Below, piece after piece: positions 58,270-64,000 of a stretch of DNA of 64,000 nt. The notes beneath the pieces were generated by a model, which was given only the letters and a program-made list of their open reading frames with translations, did no database searches and was not told the origin of the DNA. The stretch's first letter is position 1, and every line of letters starts with the position of its first letter. This DNA comes from Nitrospinaceae bacterium (GTDB lineage: Bacteria; Nitrospinota; Nitrospinia; Nitrospinales; VA-1). The translations under genes were made by a program, and so were the position numbers. The stretch is from the NCBI GenBank assembly GCA_046754465.1, contig JBHHVU010000010.1:15067-79066 (forward strand), read 5' to 3'.

Positions 58270-59403
58270 ATGGACCCTTACTGGGAACAATTTAAAACCC
58301 CGTTTTTGTGTTTCGCGGGTTATTCCGGAGTCGGCAAGACCACTCTGCTGGAATGCCTGATCCAACGGTTCAAGGAAGATGATTTTCGAGTGGGTTATTA
58401 CAAGCACGATGCCCACCGGTTCGTGATGGACCGCGAAGGCAAGGACACCCACCGGGCCCGCCGGGCGGGGGCGGGAATCATCACCATCAATGATCCCAGC
58501 CATTTCGCGGTGGTGGGGGAAAATGGTTTCAAGGAGCGGACCATCATCCACGCGCTGGAGCAATGCGATTGCATCCTCATTGAAGGCTACAAACAGTCGC
58601 CCTTCAACAAGCTGGTTTTTCTGGACGCCGAGGGTTCCCTGCCCATCCCCCTGGACACGCCTGGAATCAAGGCGGTCATCCACCAGGGGGTAGTGAATGA
58701 GAAACCGTTTCGGGAATCCGGTTTGCCGATGTTCCACCGGGACAACTTGGACGGCATTTACGAATTTGTCCGGGTGCATTTTAAAAGTTGCGCGAGCCCC
58801 CTCTTTGGCGCGGTTTTCGTCGGGGGACAGAGCAAACGCATGGGCAAACCCAAATTTTCCCTTTCCTACAACGGGGGATCCGAAACCGAGAGGATGGTCC
58901 GTATCCTAGGTCAGTACTGTGAAAAGATTTTCCTCTCGGCCCGGCCGGACCTGGATATGGGGCCCTTGGCGAAACTGCCCGATGCCGAAAGGGTCAATGA
59001 CGACCATATCGGGCTGGGGCCGGTCGGCGGGTTGGCCACTCTCATGGCGAGGCACCCCGGCAAGGCCTGGATGATTACGGCCTGTGATATGCCCTTCCTT
59101 ATAGAAAAAAATTTTGAGAGAATCCTGAACGAACGCGACCCCATGCGTTACGGGACCTGTTATCTGCAAAAGGGGAGATTAGGGTTCGAGCCCATGAGCG
59201 CCATTTATGAACCGAAGTTCATTCTTCCTCTTTATGAGGCCATGTCCCGCAGGGAACTCTCCCTGTCCCGGATCATCAGCGATTTGCCTTTCAAACAGGT
59301 CCGTATTCCCGATGAGGACCGTTATAATTTTATGAACATCAATACTCCGGAAGAGTATGAATTCGCCCGCATGAAACGGGAACAGGAGAGCGAACCGTCA
59401 TGA
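58270..59403 (+). CDS. mobB: MobB-MobA fusion (molybdopterin-guanine dinucleotide biosynthesis)
   Basis: GYSGVGKTTL, KHDAH, D.EGKD, ILIEGYK (MobB); GGQSKRMG.PK, GPVGGL, ACDMP, NINTPEE (MobA). Confidence 0.92.
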   Translation: MDPYWEQFKTPFLCFAGYSGVGKTTLLECLIQRFKEDDFRVGYYKHDAHRFVMDREGKDTHRARRAGAGIITINDPSHFAVVGENGFKERTIIHALEQCDCILIEGYKQSPFNKLVFLDAEGSLPIPLDTPGIKAVIHQGVVNEKPFRESGLPMFHRDNLDGIYEFVRVHFKSCASPLFGAVFVGGQSKRMGKPKFSLSYNGGSETERMVRILGQYCEKIFLSARPDLDMGPLAKLPDAERVNDDHIGLGPVGGLATLMARHPGKAWMITACDMPFLIEKNFERILNERDPMRYGTCYLQKGRLGFEPMSAIYEPKFILPLYEAMSRRELSLSRIISDLPFKQVRIPDEDRYNFMNINTPEEYEFARMKREQESEPS

Positions 59404-60611
59404 GTATGATCACCGTGGACGAGGCGTTGGAGATCATCCTCTCCAAAATAAAGTTCAAGGGCGTGGAAAAAATTCCCATTGGTGAATCGCTGGGCCGGGT
59501 GTTGATGGAAGACATCGTGGCCCGCCGCAATAATCCCCCCATGGACAATTCCGCCATGGACGGGTACGCCCTCATCGCCGCCGATATCCAATCCGCCAGC
59601 CCGGAAAACCCGGTCAAACTCGAAGTGACGGAGGAGATTGCCGCGGGGTATCGTTCCGAAAGCGTCCTCAAACCCGGGCAGGCTTTCCGGATCATGACCG
59701 GCGCTCCCATCCCCCAGGGGGCGGACGCGGTCATCATGCAGGAAGACACGGAAAAAAACGGCAGTTCCGTTCTGGTCAAGGATAATGCCGTGATAGGGGA
59801 AAACATCCGCGAGGCGGGGGAAGATGTTCGGGCGGGCGAGGTGGTGATCCCCAGGGGATCACCCATCACTCCCGCCCAGGTGGGGATGATGGCGGTCGTG
59901 GGCCGGTCCCAGGTCTTTGTCAGTCAGCGGCCGAGGGTGGCCATCCTTTCCACCGGGGACGAAATCCTGGACCTTGACGAACAGCCGTCCGGTCCCTGCA
60001 TTTTTAACAGCAACGGCTATATGCTGTCGGCGCAGGTCCGCTCCGCGGGGGGCATCCCGGTATATCTCGGCATCGCCCGGGATACGGAAAAGGACCTGCT
60101 GGAAAAATTCCACTGGGCCCTGGAATGTGATTTGGTGGTTTCCTCGGGCGGCGTATCGGTGGGAGATTACGACCTGGTCAAGGCCAGCCTCGAAAAACTC
60201 GGGCAGGAGATGCTGTTCTGGAAAGTGGCCATGAAACCCGGGAAACCCCTGGCGTTTGGAAAAATAGGGGAGAAACCAATTTTCGGCCTGCCCGGCAACC
60301 CGGTTTCCTCCTTCGTGTCCTTCGAGCAGTTCGTCCGTCCCTCGATCCGCAAGGTTTTGGGCTGCCGGGAACTGACCGCGAAAAAAGTGCGGGCCAAGCT
60401 GACGCGCACCATCCATAAAAAATCCGGCCGGCTGCACTTCCTCAGTTGCGTCGTGTCCTTGAACCAGGGACAATATACCGTGACCCCCGCCCAGGAACAG
60501 GGCTCCGGAATTCTGAAATCCACCGTAAAAGCCAACGGACTCCTGGTGTTTCCCCTCAATGCCACCGAACTCAAGGAAGGGGAAACGGTTACGGTGCAAT
60601 TGTTGGAATGA
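59400..60611 (+). CDS. moeA: Molybdopterin molybdotransferase
   Basis: NSAMDGYA, IMTGAPIP.GADAV, STGDE, SSGGVSVGDYD, KPGKP, GLPGNPVS. Confidence 0.96.
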   Translation: MSMITVDEALEIILSKIKFKGVEKIPIGESLGRVLMEDIVARRNNPPMDNSAMDGYALIAADIQSASPENPVKLEVTEEIAAGYRSESVLKPGQAFRIMTGAPIPQGADAVIMQEDTEKNGSSVLVKDNAVIGENIREAGEDVRAGEVVIPRGSPITPAQVGMMAVVGRSQVFVSQRPRVAILSTGDEILDLDEQPSGPCIFNSNGYMLSAQVRSAGGIPVYLGIARDTEKDLLEKFHWALECDLVVSSGGVSVGDYDLVKASLEKLGQEMLFWKVAMKPGKPLAFGKIGEKPIFGLPGNPVSSFVSFEQFVRPSIRKVLGCRELTAKKVRAKLTRTIHKKSGRLHFLSCVVSLNQGQYTVTPAQEQGSGILKSTVKANGLLVFPLNATELKEGETVTVQLLE

Positions 60612-60759
60612 CTCTCACGGACCAGCCGATGGCGTTGCTGCCGGGCCACTCCGAAATATCCAGGTTTCATTCAAGCCCAGAGTTTTTCATTAAGGTGGGA
60701 TCGTTCGGGAAATCCCCCCTCCGAGTCTATTTGAATGAAAAAATTACTTTATAAGGAAG

Positions 60760-62604
60760 ATGACTTTTAAACCGGCCTTGACCCTCCGCATCGCTCTCTT
60801 TTTGGTTCTCCCGCTCTGGGTTGCCGCGCCGGCAGGCGCGGCCGATTCCAATGTCGGGCTGGAACGCTTGGTGAGCCAGATCGAGACGATGTTCCCGCCG
60901 ATGGAGGGTTACGTGATCTCCGTCGACCAGGATATTCTCACCCTTGACCTCAAGCAGGGAGAACCGGTCCAAAAGGGCGATACCCTGAAACTCATCCGGT
61001 ACGGCAAGGAAATCATCCACCCCGTCACCAAAAAGAAAGTGGGCCGCCGGGAGACCGACCTGGGAACGGCCGAGGTTCTCGAGGTGCGGAAGGACTTCTC
61101 CCTGGCGCGGGTGACGGATCCCACGATCGAGGTCCGGCCCGGAGACGGGGTGCGCAGTCCTTTTCAAAAGATCCGCTTTATCCTGGCGCCTCCCCAGGTG
61201 GAAACCCAAAAGAAAATCGACGCCGGCAGGCTACGGTTGAATCTGGAAACCCAATTGAACCAACACCCGCGGTTCGAGGTGCCGGCCTTTGAACTGGGAC
61301 TGTGGCTGATTGAAAACGATTTGACCCCGCGGACGTTGCGTCAACCGGATAACCTCGCGCGGCTGCGGGAAGAGGTTCAGGCCGATTTTATCATGGTGCT
61401 GCGTGTGCGCTCGGTGAAGAAGAAAATGGTGCTGAGCTATAAGCTTTTTTCCACCACCGACGGCGCGCTTAAAAAGCAGGCCAAAATTTTATCCGGCCCG
61501 CTTCCCCTCGCACCCCGCGTTTCCAAATCCAGGCCCCGGGAGCAGGGCGTCCAGTCCAGCTTCGCTCCTCGCAAAGGCTTGTTAGCTTTTGAAGGCCGCC
61601 ACGAGTTCCCTTTCGAACTGGTCGATTTCGATGTTGGAGATGTCAATGGCGACGGGGAAAAGGATTTCGTCATCATCGACCGGTACCGGGTGATGATTTA
61701 TGAATTCCGCAAAGGCAAATTCAAACGCGTGGGGCAGATAAAAACCCGTCAGGGCGCCAATTGGTTTCTCACGGTGGATGTGGGCGACATCAACCAGAAC
61801 GGACGCGACGAAATTTTCGTGACCAACCAAGTGGATAAAAAGCTCCAGTCCTTCGTTCTGGAGTTTGTTCCCGGAAGCAAGCGGCCGAAAAAAATATGGA
61901 AGGACGTGAATCTTTATTTCCGCATCATCCACCCTTTCGGCGCCAAGCCCGTCCTCATGGCCCAAAGTCCGGGATTCCAGGAGCCCTTCAAGGGACCGGT
62001 CAAAACCATTCATTACAAGAACCACCGGTATATGGAAGGAGCGAAATTGCGGCTTCCCTCCCTTTACGGGACCGAATTTATTCTCTACGGGCTGACCCAG
62101 GCCAAATTGACTTCAAAAGGGGAGAAAGACACAATTCTTCTTGACACGGACTACCATTTGCGGGTATATTCTCCCAGCGGTCGTTTGCTAGTAAAATCAA
62201 ACGATTATTATGGTCATGACCCCAGAATCATTGACGTTGGGGTGCAGGAAGACATCGAAGGCATTGTTCAGCAAGGCGAACCTGTCCATTTCAAGGGAAG
62301 ACTCGAGTTCGTTGAAACCGGAGGGAGCAGGTTTCTTCTCTTGCCGAAAAACCACCGGTTAGGCGGGGAATTGCTTGCTAGGGCCGTTGTCGTGAGCAAC
62401 AGCAGCCTGGTTATTCTTAGCGTGACCCGGGAAGGTTTCGAGAAAATTTTCGAGACAAAAAAACAGCGAGGCTACTTGGCTGCCTATCAAGTAACGGCCT
62501 CGCCCGAATCAAACGGCACTAAGGTTCATGTTGCTACCGTGCAAAAAAGCGGGTTGTTCGGGAAAACCATCAGCACCATTTTCACTTACGATTGGCGAGG
62601 ATGA
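60760..62604 (+). CDS. Secreted FG-GAP/VCBS repeat protein with FlgT-C-like N-terminal domain
   Basis: Signal peptide; EIIHPVT...G motif; DVGDVNGDGEKD and DVGDINQNGRDEIFV. Confidence 0.85.
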   Translation: MTFKPALTLRIALFLVLPLWVAAPAGAADSNVGLERLVSQIETMFPPMEGYVISVDQDILTLDLKQGEPVQKGDTLKLIRYGKEIIHPVTKKKVGRRETDLGTAEVLEVRKDFSLARVTDPTIEVRPGDGVRSPFQKIRFILAPPQVETQKKIDAGRLRLNLETQLNQHPRFEVPAFELGLWLIENDLTPRTLRQPDNLARLREEVQADFIMVLRVRSVKKKMVLSYKLFSTTDGALKKQAKILSGPLPLAPRVSKSRPREQGVQSSFAPRKGLLAFEGRHEFPFELVDFDVGDVNGDGEKDFVIIDRYRVMIYEFRKGKFKRVGQIKTRQGANWFLTVDVGDINQNGRDEIFVTNQVDKKLQSFVLEFVPGSKRPKKIWKDVNLYFRIIHPFGAKPVLMAQSPGFQEPFKGPVKTIHYKNHRYMEGAKLRLPSLYGTEFILYGLTQAKLTSKGEKDTILLDTDYHLRVYSPSGRLLVKSNDYYGHDPRIIDVGVQEDIEGIVQQGEPVHFKGRLEFVETGGSRFLLLPKNHRLGGELLARAVVVSNSSLVILSVTREGFEKIFETKKQRGYLAAYQVTASPESNGTKVHVATVQKSGLFGKTISTIFTYDWRG

Positions 62605-62841
62605 GCGGGATAGAAAAAAATGGACCCGATAGGGCAGGACGGGAGGTGATTGGCGAATCAGGAATTGCGAAAAATATTTGATTCTTATAGCGTTGTACGT
62701 TATACTTTCGATGTAAAAATGCTCGCCCGGCCCTTCGGGTGTCCTCAGCTAAAAATAAACCAACAGAATTTATTGAGTTGTGATAGTCCTTAACCAGATT
62801 ATAGTCCCCTAGTAGCAAACCATTTCTTGGAGGAGACAGGT

Positions 62842-64000
62842 ATGAAAAAGCAACTTTTGACAGCAGTGGCCATAATGGTTTCCGCGTTTTTCGCTGGAAC
62901 CATGATTGCGCAAGCTGCCAGCGTCGAAATCGGCGGTCAGCTGCGGCCCCGGTTTGAATACAACGAGCAGCACAATTTCAATTCTAGGTTTACCACTTCG
63001 AATCCCACTCCCAGGCAGACGGACGGGGATTATTTCGTCAGTTCCCGGATTCGCCTGCACGCCAAGGCGGATATCCTTCCCGACACCAGCGCCTTCATCC
63101 AGCTCCAGAGCGTAAGGAACTGGGGTAATGACATTGAGGATATCTCTGGCCTCAACGTTCCCGCCACCTGTGCGGGTCCGGGCGGCGGTTGTACCTCCGG
63201 CGGTTCGGGAAACGCGTCTTTCTCCGCCAGCGACAACGATAATACCGTAGGCGTTCACCAGGCCTATTTCACCCTGAAAAACTTCGCCACCCTGCCCGTG
63301 GACTTGCAGGTCGGCCGCCAGGAAGTGGTGCTCGACGGTCACAGGATCCTCGGTAACACCGGCTGGACCCAGGGCGCGCAGACCCATGATGCCGCGCGCC
63401 TCACCCACCATTCGGGAAACCTCACCCTCGCTTATGTTTACATCATCTCCAACGAGGGTGCGAGAGGAACTGGCGCAAGTTCCAATGATTCCACGGACAT
63501 CGAAACCCACGTGATCTATGGCAACCTGCAGGGCATCCTCGGCGGCGCATTGTCCCTGTATTTCGTCGCGCTGGATGATGGGTGTTCCGCGGGTGGCGCG
63601 GGTACCGCTAATCCCGGTGGTTGTCTGTCTGGAGCGGGTGGCACAGGCGGAGTCGCTGGATCGATATTGGATAATAATCTCTACACCATCGGCGCCCGCC
63701 AGGCGGGTCAGCTCTATGGCATCGATTACCGCGTCGAGTTCTATTATCAGTTCGGCGACGCGGAAGGTGACGCCATTAACGTGAATGGCGCTGCTCCCGG
63801 CATTGGCGGTACTTCCGGTACCCCTTATTCTACTGTGGGTGCAACAGCATCCTCGGGCTTGGCCAAAACGTCGATCGACCGCGGCGCCTATATGCTGGGC
63901 GCCAGGGTTGGCAAAAAATTCACCAGCGTGATGTGGAAACCAGGAATCACCCTGTGGTTTGACTACCTTTCCGGAACCTCCGATGAGGATGCCCGGGATG
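62842..64000 (+). CDS. Alginate-export family outer-membrane porin (3'-truncated; absent from ORF track)
   Basis: GGAGGAG RBS, MKKQLLTAVAIMVSAFFAGTMIAQA signal, GGQLRPRFEY, SSRIRL, VHQAYF, VGRQEVVLDGHRILGNTGW; no stop seen before the edge. Confidence 0.9.
   Translation, partial: MKKQLLTAVAIMVSAFFAGTMIAQAASVEIGGQLRPRFEYNEQHNFNSRFTTSNPTPRQTDGDYFVSSRIRLHAKADILPDTSAFIQLQSVRNWGNDIEDISGLNVPATCAGPGGGCTSGGSGNASFSASDNDNTVGVHQAYFTLKNFATLPVDLQVGRQEVVLDGHRILGNTGWTQGAQTHDAARLTHHSGNLTLAYVYIISNEGARGTGASSNDSTDIETHVIYGNLQGILGGALSLYFVALDDGCSAGGAGTANPGGCLSGAGGTGGVAGSILDNNLYTIGARQAGQLYGIDYRVEFYYQFGDAEGDAINVNGAAPGIGGTSGTPYSTVGATASSGLAKTSIDRGAYMLGARVGKKFTSVMWKPGITLWFDYLSGTSDEDARD

Noticed and set aside
1..64000. 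tRNA, rRNA, CRISPR array, IS elements
   Set aside because: No cloverleaf, rRNA signature, spaced repeat array or transposase ORF recognised by eye

Overview
Chromosomal segment of a Gram-negative bacterium whose gene content suggests a nitrite oxidiser of the Nitrospinota (inference: diheme cytochrome c fused to an EB_dh/NxrC-like domain, nirK, MobB-MobA plus moeA, alginate-export-type porin). It runs from a partial flagellin through a Gld-like ABC system, a nucleotide-housekeeping block (dut, macro domain, LOG, dGTPase), an HDOD/histidine-kinase operon and an aminotransferase-serA operon. About 19 kb (23.7-42.5 kb) of uncharacterised genes follows, then redox and nitrogen genes. The best candidate for an undescribed system is that central block. 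It has eight diverged DUF1566 (Lcl, C-type-lectin-like fold) genes, seven without a signal peptide and one broken by an in-frame TAA. They are interleaved with TPR, NHL, LRR, SEC-C and glutaredoxin genes, several with Glu-rich leaders, next to a B12 radical SAM enzyme and a MidA-like methyltransferase. Non-coding signals include tandem NrdR-like boxes with no ribonucleotide reductase downstream, a GTTGCA-N10-TGCAACA palindrome shared by nirK and its neighbouring sigma54 activator, a perfect CRP-type core site, a probable leaderless gene and a multi-stem RNA-like element. I saw no rRNA, tRNA, CRISPR array, transposase or integrase. All family calls are by motif recognition, not database search.
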